This document shows, piece after piece, positions 22,501 to 33,670 of a stretch of DNA of 34,053 bases. The position numbers were made by a program, and so were the translations under genes. Numbering within the stretch: position 1 is the stretch's first letter; every line of letters starts with the position of its first letter. This DNA comes from Blastocystis sp. subtype 4 (lineage: Eukaryota): contig NW_014569456.1 in NCBI RefSeq assembly GCF_000743755.1, forward strand, positions 1-34,053, written 5' to 3'. The notes below the pieces were generated by a model, which was not told where the DNA came from, searched no databases, and saw only the letters and a list, made by a program, of their open reading frames with translations.

Positions 22501-23537
22501 TAATTAGATATGTGAGTATCCACTCCAGTTAAGTGTATTGATCTATGAGAAAGTAGAACAGGGATTTAGTAATGAAATAGATTCTGGATACAAAGAAGTC
22601 TTATATAACCAATGTAACAGTACTTCCATTGCTACCGACCCTTCTACTCTTAGCTGAGTAGGATTGAATAAGAAGATTGAATGTAGTGAGATTGATTTAG
22701 ACTTTGATGGACATATTGTTTTTGATAAGTGGTTATATGTGTCATTTGAAAGAACTGTCGGATTCTCGCGGATCTCTTCAGTAAGTTTTCAGAAAGAATG
22801 TAATGATTAGATCCTTGAACAAGCAATGATCTTACGAATCCAACTGAATTCACTATTATCGGCTCGAATGAAAACACTCCCATTGTTATCTTCTATTCCA
22901 GAGTCAACACGAACTCACATCCTCGAGGCTGTTTACAGTGATAAGGTTCGCAGTTTCTGTGAATCTATCAAGGATTCGCATCTTCCACTCCCTTCGGAGA
23001 TTCAAGGGATTCTGGACTCGGTGCTGGAAACAGAGAAACATGATGCTGAAGAACCTTCAAGAATAATTGAGAAGTTGGTTCAATTCTTAAGGCTTCGAGT
23101 CTCCTATAGTGTGGATGAGTTATCTTCCAGCAAAGCCAAAGCTATCTATGGATTGATTCCCTGTTGTGACGAACTTGTTGCATCAATTGCTGATCGGAAG
23201 AAGCGATTGAGAGAGTCTTCAACTCTCGCAGATGCTATCTCTGCTTTGGAATCGACAGTAAGAGAGAATGAAGAACCTGAAGAGCAGGACTATTCGGAAC
23301 GATTGGGAATTGCCGATTCTGTATCGGATCTAGATCATTTGAAACGAAAAGGTATTCAAATAGCACCTTGGTTATGGTATGGGTCGTTGACAACGAATCC
23401 AGAGAAAGCAAATCTGGAGTATTATCCTGATCTGATTGTTGATGGAATGACTGTTCGATGGGATTGTCCTCTTTGTCATGAGACGATGTATGTTACAAAG
23501 GAAGAATTATTGAGTCATCTTAATACTTGTGTTCGAT
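19516..23537 (+). CDS. DHX34: DEAH-box RNA helicase of the DHX34/SMGL-2 type (NMD-associated), many micro-introns; stop either polyA-made at 23537 or genomic TGA at 23546-23548
   Basis: LPIF, GDTGCGKSTQVPQYL, CTQPRR, DEVH, MSAT, STNIAETSITI, QRAGRAGRTGPGVCYRLYSE; DHX34-like C-terminal KGIQIAPWLWYGSL and terminal CPLC...H finger. Confidence 0.85.
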
Positions 23538-23561
23538 ATTATGTTTGAGAATAAACAGGAA

Positions 23562-26462
23562 TACAAAATGAATCTCCACAATTCGAGAGAGGCACACACA
23601 AAATCACTATTTTCCATAAGACTAGGACATTTATAACTCTTACATTCCCCTGAACTACCCCATTGTAACCGACTATCAAGAAGAAGGGCATGACGACCTC
23701 CTCCACCTACTACTATTCCTATCTCTGTTGATACTCGAGCAAATGAATTCTGTCGACTCCACAAATAACTAGAGAGATCCCAATTATCTGATTTGAGAGA
23801 ACTCGTATCATAAGATGCTCGAAATACAAGTGAGTTTCCTTCACTATAGAATGATGAGGAGTAACGCCATGGCTGCTCATAATAGCACCCACAGATCCCA
23901 TAAAAGCCATCAGACAGAATAAGAATTGTATGAGAAACGCCTCGAGCTGCATCCAATAGATGAGACACAGTGGATTCAGGACCAGCATAAAATAGACGTT
24001 CCCATCGAACTGGATTGAGCTTGAGAGTTGTTATGAGTGAAGAAAAGAGCGTATTGACAATAGATGTAGAAAGAACTGGTGTGGATGTAAAGTAAGATAC
24101 TGCGTCTATTTCACGTTGTTCCTCACTGGCAGAAACATCTCTTGGTTTCTCTTCAATTACATCACTCACAAGACACACACGCTTCCTCTCATTCAACAAA
24201 GCAATTATATCATTCGTCTTGTGATGAGAACGGAGGTGTTGTGTCTCCTTTTGAAGCTGTTGCTGGAAGGCTTCAATCGATTGAACTCCTCTTTTCAACG
24301 TACGTTGAACGGCATTTGTTATATCTTGCAACAATGGAGTAAACTGCAAGAAGAAGGCTCCTTCCCATCGGAATAACTGGAAGGTTGTTTCTGCAACAAT
24401 TACAAATAAATGAGTTAGAAAAGCAGGATTATTCGCTAAAACCCACACAGGCATCATAGCTAAGGAATGAGTATCCAGATTAACAGGAATATTAAACAGA
24501 CCTAATTGTTTCACAAGCATAATACTTAGATTGATACAAGCAATTGATAACGGTAGTCTAAGAAATCATTTCACTCATAAGAAGTCACTTCAGTTCATTC
24601 TTATCATTCATTAGAGCAAGTATAAAGTTGGGGTGAATTTCAACAAAGGCAACTAAGTGTTCTAATGATAATATACCCCCTCCACGGAAGTCTGTTAAAG
24701 GGGTTTCGCGTTGAAATCCAATGAGTTTCCAGTAAGGTGAAACTGGAGTAAAAGGAGGTTCAGGATGACCTTGAGAACGATAAAACAGACCCACAGTACA
24801 AGACCAGAGTCGTTGAAGAAGGTGTTGAGAGATCTTTGAGTCGGTGTCCACGGAAATATCGATCTTTTCACAGATGCAACGGATTCTGTTTCTCTTATCA
24901 GCAATTCTGGCCTAGTAATCAGAGGAATTTCTCATTCTCACATTCATTGTCTCGATTTCTCTTCGCAGAGAAAGCAAAATCTCTGCAGGATGCTGGAGAA
25001 GCAAGATAATGACTTGTTCTCGAGCTTGTTTCTCTCCTTGCTCTATCAGATGCGGTGTGAGAGAACGAAGGATGACAGGTGCCAGAATTCGAGCAATTTC
25101 AAGACATGCTCGAGTGTTCTTTTCGGGTGAATCTACATAGCAGATCCTCAAAGAGATTACACGTAAGAAGATGCTGATTGAATGATGTAAACAATCGATC
25201 CATAATGACCTTCTGAAGAGACTGAAGATCAAGCAAGAAGGATTGCAAAGCTCGGATTTGTTGCTTGATATCATGAAAGAGCATGATACTGAGTATTGAA
25301 TCATAATGAATTGATGGCAGAAGAGGTTCAGAGAGATTCTCCAATACATAAGCAATCAAAGCTGTGATAAACTTCATTCATTATTCCTACAGATCAAGAG
25401 ACTGGAATCCATGTCAGGTAACTCATCTTGAAGGCGATAATACTCCAATATTGATACTACATCATCTGGATGGTACTCTAGAGAGGAAAGATCCAAAGTA
25501 GACCAATGTTGATCCATCCATGATAACGCAGCCGTTAGAACACGAGGTACACATAATACAGCTTCGATTTCCTGAGAAGGAGATGATGGTCGTAACCACC
25601 GAAGGAGAGCTGATGAAGGTTGAACAGTGTGCTCGGATTCGACTGAAAGTTGTCTGCTGTTACGACCCGTAAGCATATCATCCATATATGCATCGAATGA
25701 ATTTACACTGTGTTGAAGAGTGGCAATCATTGAACCAATCACTGAACTATCCAATAACTCAGCGATATGATATGTACTTCCATACAGATGGCTTCTCTGT
25801 AGGTTCATCGTCCAGAGACACAAAATCATCTGGAATTTGGATTGGGAGAACGAAGGAGAAGTTACTGAGTCCATCGACAGCAGTATTCTATAGATGAGGT
25901 TCCATAACAAAACCCACAAACATTGCTACTCCACCAGAATCAACAAACAGAGAGTAGTCATAATACTCATAGATTTCGGGATAGCTCTGCAGCAACTAGA
26001 TACTACCTATTTACCATATCATACCTTTGCCACATATAGGAGTTTCTGATTATTTAAGAGGATGCAAAACCAACTGAATATGCAACTCCTAGCATTCTAT
26101 CAATATGTCAAATCCGTTGCCCATACATCATTCGCATCCAGAACTTGTGATTCCTTTATTTGAAGTGACGAATCAATCTTCGCAATCAGGCGGAAGACAT
26201 CGAGTAATCCATCGTTATTGGCACTTTTTAGTCCATAAGAAAAGCAGTCCGATAAGCTTTCCACTAAAATATGAAGGCATTGACAACAATTACACAAAGA
26301 ATAAATTGAAAGGCTAAAACTAGTTATTCTCTTGTCTGGAAAGCTTCTTATCACTGAATCACAATTCCTCTTCAATGAGAACTATGCATGAAAACAGAAA
26401 GCAAGAAGTACGAGTAACGAAAAGAGACTGTACCAACGAGCATCAGAATCATTCGATATCAT
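23562..26462 (-). CDS. Multidomain protein: degenerate RhoGAP-like, ELMO and TLDc domains; polyA-made stop
   Basis: ELMO signature WKLIGFQRETPLTDFRGGGILSL; TLDc signature WERLFYA...GIVVGGGGRHALLLDSRLQWGSSGECKSY...LELWRF; RhoGAP-like VPRVL...LSEPLLP...IARILAPVILR. Exon joins upstream of ELMO were traced only partly. Confidence 0.78.
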
Positions 26463-26490
26463 TTGCTCAGATAAGTAAGTGAATAATAAA

Positions 26491-26562
26491 AGGTCCCACC
26501 GGGGTTTGAACCCGGGTCGCAGAATTCAAAGTCCTGAGTGCTAACCACTACACCATGGGACC
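26491..26562 (-). tRNA. tRNA-Gln (anticodon TTG)
   Basis: GGTCCCA/TGGGACC acceptor stem, TGGTGTAGTGG A box, CAGGA-CT-TTG-AA-TTCTG anticodon arm, GGTTCAAACCC B box; 72 nt, ending in a short T run. Confidence 0.97.
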
Positions 26563-26818
26563 GTCTTTAGACTTTCCTTTTGTTTATATATAAAGAATAG
26601 ATCTTATCTATAGTAGTTTTGACTTAGTGTATCTGGACTCTATTAAACCTATGGAAGATGAGAGAAGGGAATAAAGACCTTATTGCCAAATTATATGAAT
26701 TCCCGTGGTTGTTAGTATTCAGTGAACCACTAGATCCGATTTATTCGTTGGTCTTTTTCACTCTAGTGGTAGGTGTAACACTTCACTGAACCTGCTTGAT
26801 GTATAGATATAAGCAAAA

Positions 26819-27791
26819 ATGAGTTTCGAGAGCAATATGAAATACGTTAGTCTAGTTCTTCTTGTATTCTTTACAAGTGCTCAAGTTCTTTGTATGCGGT
26901 ATGCACAGACTCGTCCGGGTGACAAGTATAATTCGTCTACTGCTGTGATTATGGGAGAAGTTATGAAGCTAATAATGTCATTTGTTCTTCTTTCCATTGA
27001 AAAGAAGTCCATGTATGGTGCCTACAAGCAGCTTAGAAATGAAGTGACTTGTTATTCTCGCGATGTACTTCTTCAGGGAGTCCCTGCCATCCTTTATACG
27101 ATTCAGAATAATGCTAACTACATTGCTACTGCTAACTTGGAGGCAGCCGTATTCCAGGTTTGTTCTCAGTTGAAACTCCTTACTGCTGCTATTTTCAGTG
27201 TTACATTCTTAAAGAAGTATATTTCAAGCATGCAGTGGGTATCGTTGATCATCTTGGGAGCTGGTGTTGTTCTTGTGCAGATGGATCCTAGTGCCAAATC
27301 AAGTGGTTCGGGAAGCAATAATATGATGCTTGGTATGATCTCGATTATCATTGCTAGCTGTACATCCGGATTCGCTGGAGTATTTATGGAGAAGATGTTT
27401 AAGGATAACAAATTCTCTCTATGGAGTCGAAATGTGTGGTTAGCAACTTACAGTATCATTGTTGGTTTGATTGGTATTGTTTTCAAGAACCCTTCTCTTT
27501 TGCTTCCTTCCAACTTCTTCCATGGGTACACTATTTGGTCTTGGACAGCTGTTATTCTATTGGCTGTTGGAGGACTGATTATTGCCATGGTACTGAAGTA
27601 TGCTGATAACATTTTAAAGGCCTTCGGAAATTCGGTTTCGATTCTGGTGTCATCGTGGATTTCCGTTTATCTCTTCAACTTTGTCATCTCCACTAACTTC
27701 TTCCTTGGGTGTGCTCTTGTTATGGGAGCTATTGTTCTCTATTCGATGGGTTCCAAGAAGGTTACGTATTCTCCTTTGCCTGTGAAGAAGT
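26819..27791 (+). CDS. SLC35A-family nucleotide-sugar transporter (UDP-Gal/UDP-GlcNAc/CMP-Sia type), intronless; polyA-made stop
   Basis: STAVIMGEVMKL, VPAILYTIQNN, QLKLLTAAIFS, SGFAGVFMEK, GGLIIAMVLKYADNILKAF; multiple TM segments. Ends AAG AAG T|gtct TGTTTGTT; the ORF track runs on to 27853. Confidence 0.93.
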
Positions 27792-27795
27792 GTCT

Positions 27796-27803
27796 TGTTT
27801 GTT
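27796..27803 (+). terminator. TGTTTGTT polyadenylation element of the SLC35A gene
   Basis: Exact motif 4 nt after the in-frame T at 27791. Confidence 0.85.
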
Positions 27804-27929
27804 GTCACATATTTGTTGCAGTTTTGAAGAGTTCATCAGAACATTCGGTGTGAGGTTGACTTGTGTATGGACGTGGAGACTATTGATATCGATCAACGGG
27901 CTGAGGGCAATCCAACCCATGACGAATCT

Positions 27930-30900
27930 ATGGTATCTTCGCAACATCAATCTGTTTTTGTAGATGAGTGAGATTATGAATAGAACTCAAATACTATCCC
28001 TCAGCGAAAACATCGAATATGTCCTATTTTTCTTCCAAAAGCAACTAAAGAAAAGAAGATTCAAAAGGAAGTAGGTAAAAATAAACAAATACGAGAAAAG
28101 AAAGGAGTGAGTTTTGCCACCTTAATATGATCTTTAGTTAAAAGAATCAAAATGTACCAGTACTGACGTTTGTGATATTGTGGATGGGGTTGATGATGAT
28201 ATGGTATCGAGGAAGCGGCCGATTCCAAAGGAAAAGGATATCATGAATACACCTGATATGTTTCTGACGAAAGCAGAAAGGCAGGAGAAGAAGAGACGAC
28301 TTCAATCACAGTCGATCACTGTAGTCGATATTGCTCCCTCCAAAGAGTGTACGGTGAATTCTTCACCTCAAAATGAACGGCTAAATGTCCCATCTTTTTT
28401 CCTGAAGACTTCAGTTCGTAAACAAATGTTGTAGGATTTTGTAAACAGTATTACAAGAAGTATTGAAAAGGCAGACACATGTTTTCGATCTCCGATTCAC
28501 TGGACATTGCACGAATTTCCAACTCATCCTCATTACTCTTCTCCTAAACCAGAATTCGTTTATCATGGTATTCAAATCCTTCTAGTTTGATCCCATAGCC
28601 TCCGATACAGATCTCTCCCTTCTTCCATCAAATCCAACCATGCTTGCTTCAGTTCAGTATTTCAGCGGATCTCTCCCTCAAGTTCGGTATCGTACAATCT
28701 CATTGCTTTCAGAAGCTGAATCCGAATCAGAGAACGAAGCTCCATCTATCAAATCTGTTGCCTCCTCTGCTTCCATTCAACAGTTCCTCCGAACACTCAC
28801 AGTTTGTACTATCAACAAGAATGAGCTCTAGAAGGGGAATCAAGAAGAACAAGTGAGAGTGATTCGTTTTACTCAGCACCTTCTATCATATAGTCAGAAC
28901 CACCCTCTTCCATTCTCTTTGTGGGTCCAGCAGTATGATGAAGGAGGAGATGATCTCTGGTGGCGCGACGAAGCGTTATCAGTAAGCCATGACCGCTTAC
29001 TGGCATGGCTACAGCGTTGGGAAGCTGTGACTTTGGATGAGCCAGATGATGACTGGTTGATCGAAGACGAATCCGTTCGAAATGCATATATTGTTGCTGG
29101 AGGCGAAGGTAAGACATCATTAGTGACTCATTTGGCTCATTCTCTCCAGTATAAGGTGATTGAAGTGAATAATGCGGATCAGGAGATTGCTAGTGTGATC
29201 AGCAGAGTACAGGAGGCAACACAGAGTCGTGTGATTCGGGTAGGAGGTTTATCAAGTCCTGTGAACACTTCTCAACACAAAGGAAAGAATCTGAAGTCTC
29301 ATAATGAAGTATCATTCTCATTCTCCAAGTGTCCTGTGATTCTGATCGACGATCTTGATATCAACATCCCTGCTTCTCAGCCTTCTCTTGCTGTTCCCTC
29401 TTCTATCACTCTGTTTACATCTATCGACATCTATCATTCGATGACAGAAAAAGTGGGTATTTCTGTATTCATTTATCATAGTCCTCTTCGCTTAGAATGG
29501 GATATGTCAAGTCGGTGAAGCAGTTGGTCCAACACAGCAAATGTCCCATTGTGATTACAGCCACTCATATTCCCGTGGAAATTATCTCATCTTCTCATCT
29601 CTAGACAGACATTGCTTCAATCACTCCATATCGCATAGTTCTTCCCTCGGTCAACCCTCACTCCACCATTCTCCACGTAGCAGCTGTCCTTATCGCAAAT
29701 CAATTTATTCCTTCGCCTCAAGATCTGTTGGCTGTTGTAATGCAAAATCGGTACGATTTCAGGAAATCCATTAATAATCTTCAATTTGTATCCAACCTTC
29801 CCTTCAGGTCCATTGAAACAGATATCCTTCAGTATGGCTATCAGCGGTATTCTTCTCTGCTCTATTGGCCCTTGATTCCTCATCACTCAACATGGCGACC
29901 AACTGTTGAATATACACCTACCCTCTTTGACAGAAATACCAACTATTTCTTAAATTCCAACTTTTTACGCTTTTTCTGTAGTCTTCATTCAGAACGTTGT
30001 CGTTGTAAAGTGCCGTACCCTCATTTGACAATCACTGCCATCAGTCCTTGTCTGATTCCATTAAGTGGAGGAAGAGTGACTGTGAAAGGAGAGAGATTGA
30101 CAGAAATTGGCGATATTTTGCTTATGGGATGTGATGAAGGAGCAAAGTCATTGGAGATAGTGAATTCTTCAGAGATGCAGATGGAGGTGTTGATTCCTTC
30201 TCTACCTCGCGGTTTATATTACTTAGAGTTCATTCTGAAGAATGGTATGATAGGACACAATGAGATGAATTCTCCATGGTTTGGGATAAACGGTTTGTTA
30301 GTAACAGCTTTACAGTAGGAATAATTCGGAGGGTTAAGGAATAGAGAAGAGAAGGAAATTGATTCTTGTGATGAGTTCCAGGAGACTGTTCCTTCAAGAT
30401 GGAGACGTCGTGCTGTTCCTTGTTTGACAATGGCAGAACTGTTTAAGTCAGCAGAACCGCTACTGGAGGATGAATCAGAAGTGGAGGCCACTATGATGAC
30501 TCTGCAACAAGATGAGAACGAGGTAGTGACTGAGAATGATTTGGTGACTGAGAATGATTTGGTTTCTCTGGATCTGCTTCAAGAAGTAGCAGATTTCTAC
30601 GAGGTGATGACGGATGTGACTTTGATACAAACTCCTTCAGCTCGTCGCTTCGTTTACCATTGTGAGGATGCATTTGATCATAATTCTTTCATTCATCCTA
30701 TTACTTATTCTTGGCAGGAGATGCAACGGACAATCACTGCATTCAATTATTCGCTTCATTTACCTTCTCAGATGGATGTTACATTACCAAGTCTGGATAA
30801 ATTGGAGTGTCAGATTACAGCAGATATTCATTTGCAGATGCAACAGGAGAAATTGTCACAAATTCTCCCTTATTTGGTTGGTTATGAACTCATGTACGAA

Positions 30901-31202
30901 ATGAGATTAGATAATTATCTAGACCGAAAAACGCATTACAAACTTCATTCTTAACTAGACTTCAGTTATTCCAGCGACTAGCATTCATTGATTATCACTT
31001 TGGAGAGAAATCACGAAGAGGGTAGGAGAAATGTTTTGTCTATGATGCTATAGACGGAAATATGATATTTACGAAAAGCTAATTGGAACAGCAGATCGGT
31101 CAGTATTGGAACAAGTCATCGATGTAATGCTTCAATCATCATGTTTCTGGTCATTGTGTGATGATGCTGATCGAACTACATTCTGGAATTTTACTGCGGA
31201 TT
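27930..31202 (+). CDS. ATAD5/Elg1-like RFC-family AAA+ subunit with an IPT/TIG-like insertion; polyA-made stop (multi-exon, start uncertain)
   Basis: LWVQQY (LW-x-x-K-Y-like), degenerate Walker A AGGEGKTS, YKVIEVN, Walker B ILIDDLD, KCPIVITA, DFRKSINNLQF, C-terminal KSRRGRKY. Ends GCG GAT T|tcct TGTTTGTT. Confidence 0.65.
30526..30561 (+). repeat. Perfect 18-bp in-frame tandem duplication (GTGACTGAGAATGATTTG x2, VTENDL x2)
   Basis: Directly visible in the sequence. Confidence 0.9.
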
Positions 31203-31206
31203 TCCT

Positions 31207-31214
31207 TGTTTGTT
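31207..31214 (+). terminator. TGTTTGTT polyadenylation element of the ATAD5-like gene
   Basis: Exact motif 4 nt after the in-frame T at 31202. Confidence 0.8.
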
Positions 31215-31220
31215 AGTATT

Positions 31221-32487
31221 ATGTACAATCCACTGGTATCTGCCGATGTTTTGGCTTCGATCATCAATACAGTGATCGCCATCATCGCAATCGCCATCTA
31301 CCGTCACTGGAAGAGGGTTATTGTTCATACTATCGTTTACTCGTAGAATTATATTCAACTCAATGGCAGAACGGCTTTAATTACTGGAGGAGCATCAGGA
31401 GTTGGTTTGGGTAAAATGACCCGATTTGTTATGATTTCTAGCTACAGCTAAGCGGTTTGCTGATATTGGGATGAATATAATAATTTGGGATAAGAATTCA
31501 TCTAGTTTACGCACAACACGAGAAGAGGTGAAAAAACATATGCAACATGGTTTCTATTTAATCCAGCAGTGTGTAGACATTACCAACAGAAAACAAGTTT
31601 GGTTTTGTGGATAATTCGATTGTAGGTGAATGGTGCGTACATGGAACTGCATCGTAAATTGGAAGAAATAGATATTCCAAGTGTTTCTGTTATTATCAAC
31701 AATGCTGGTTTGGATAGAATAGAGAATTGACTCGTAGGTGTTGTGTACGATATTCCTATGGAACGAATGGATTTGGACGAAGTGGATAACACATTTGCTA
31801 TCAATACTATAAGTCAATTTACAGTGATTCACACGTTCATGCCAGATTTAGTTAGTCAAGCTGTCTCCAACATTGTCAACATTTCATCTCTTATTGCAAT
31901 GATTCCTGCCTCTCATTTAGCATCCTATTCAGCTTCCAAAGTCGCTATTCGAGCAATGAGTGATTGCCTTCGTTTGGAGTTTAAATCAACAGGAAAAGAT
32001 CACATTCGTGTGACTACTATATTGCCTCAATTTATTAAGACTGGGATGTTTGAAGGTACTCTTAACAATGAGTAGTATTGTTTCTCGTTTTTCACCCTAT
32101 AGACACTTGGGACATCGTCTGAAAAACTATTTCTTCCCAGAAAACACTCCTGAGGAGATAGCAAATGAAATTGTGTATGCGATTGAACATGAAAAGGATG
32201 AGATTATTCTACCGGTGATGGATCGTTGGTTATTTCATGTTTAGCGTATGCTAAAATGGGCACTTCCGTTCCTTTCTCTCTTTCCTCATGTTATCACTGA
32301 TTATCTCTTCATGTTCTTTGTAGTATTGAATACGATTTATGATCTCTAGGGAGGGAAGAATGGAATGGATGGGTTCAAGGGACGAGGAGACGAATGGAAT
32401 CAGAGTTATCGGTTGAAGCTCCTTGAACAAGAACATACAATGGCGAATCCACTTGGATCCGATATGACTTGTGATTGCTGTAAATGA
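31221..32487 (+). CDS. Membrane-anchored short-chain dehydrogenase/reductase (retinol dehydrogenase / 17beta-HSD11-like), multi-exon
   Basis: N-terminal TM, ALITGGASGVG, IINNAG, IVNISS, catalytic YSASK, PQFIKTGMF, terminal MDGFKGRG. TGA at 32485-32487. Confidence 0.9.
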
Positions 32488-32529
32488 ACTGTTTATTGAA
32501 TCAATGATAATGTCATTTCATTATTGAAG

Positions 32530-33668
32530 ATGATCTTCTGGGTGTTCGCCTGGTTTATTATTGTTATATGTGTAACAACTTTGAACAAAACGTTATTTAC
32601 GGCACTCCATTGTCCGTATCCAGTGACAATCACCATGGTATCTTCTTATATTCATTTGATCATTGAAAGATTCATATGCTATCTTGTTTTATCTATTCCT
32701 CAATCATGAAGTGTGTGGCCCCTGGTATGTTCCATTATCGTCCTCTGCGCAGAAATGAATGGAAAACAATGTTCCTAGTGAGTTTAATCTTTATTATCAA
32801 TATCATCCTATCAAACTCCTCGATCAAGTATAACAGTTTAGCTCTTGATCAAGTAAATCTTGACAACTTTATTCACATTCAGATGTTCCGATGTTCTATG
32901 CCTGTATTTACTTGTGTTTTGGAATATCTCATTCAAGGGACAGTTCGTCCTTTCGGTGTCTATCTTTCGTTAATTCCTGTGATTATCGGAACAATGCTAG
33001 TGTGTGCTGGTGATGTGCGCATCCTTATTGGAATTCACATTTAGGTTGATGGTACTGTGTGGGGAGTGGTTCTTCTCTTTATCAGCTGTACAATATCATC
33101 ACTCAAGGGTATTGTAACGAAATACCTTCTTTCAGGAAAAGAACCCTTAAGTACTTTCCAGCTTCTGAACATCGTCTATTCCTTCTGAGTGAATTATGGA
33201 TAGAACTCTATGTTCTCATTCTTTGAAATCATCTTCCTCTCCCTATTCAAGGATAATCAGTTCTGGGTATCATGGTTGCCGAGGTAGGACATGATGATAT
33301 GAATGTTATAAAGTGCTCCTATGTACAGTATTCTTTTGTTGGTATTCCATGGCATGCTTGCCTTCTTGTTAAACATTGCCAATTTCAATGCTGTGAAAGA
33401 AGGAGGCCCATTAATGATGAATGTTGTTGGAAACGTGAAACAGGTAACAATTATCATCCTTTCTGTCTTCCTCTTCAAGAATAAGATGAAGCCTATTGGT
33501 ATCTTGGGTAGTATTATTTGTATTTCTGGATCAATGTGGTACACCTATGGTGGAATTTGAGGATAGTATTAATTCGTAGAGAATTCGCGATACAGAAAGA
33601 ATGAAAAAGAAGAAAAAGCTTCGGATGGTGAGAATGAGAGTCTACTGAATAATAGTACTCGAATATAA
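32530..33668 (+). CDS. Triose-phosphate/nucleotide-sugar transporter family (TPT/SLC35E-like) protein, multi-exon
   Basis: NKTLF...PYPVTITMIHM, LSNSSIKY...Q, PVFT, SLIPVIIG, LAFLLNIANF, NVVGNVKQV; multiple TM segments. TAA at 33666-33668. Confidence 0.88.
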
Positions 33669-33670
33669 TA

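Noticed and set aside
5735..33668. Fragmented ORFs as pseudogenes or as stop-codon reassignment (TAA/TAG to Gln)
   Set aside because: Interruptions resolve as ~30-nt GT-AG introns that restore conserved motifs; long exons have no in-frame stops; the tRNA-Gln has an ordinary TTG anticodon.
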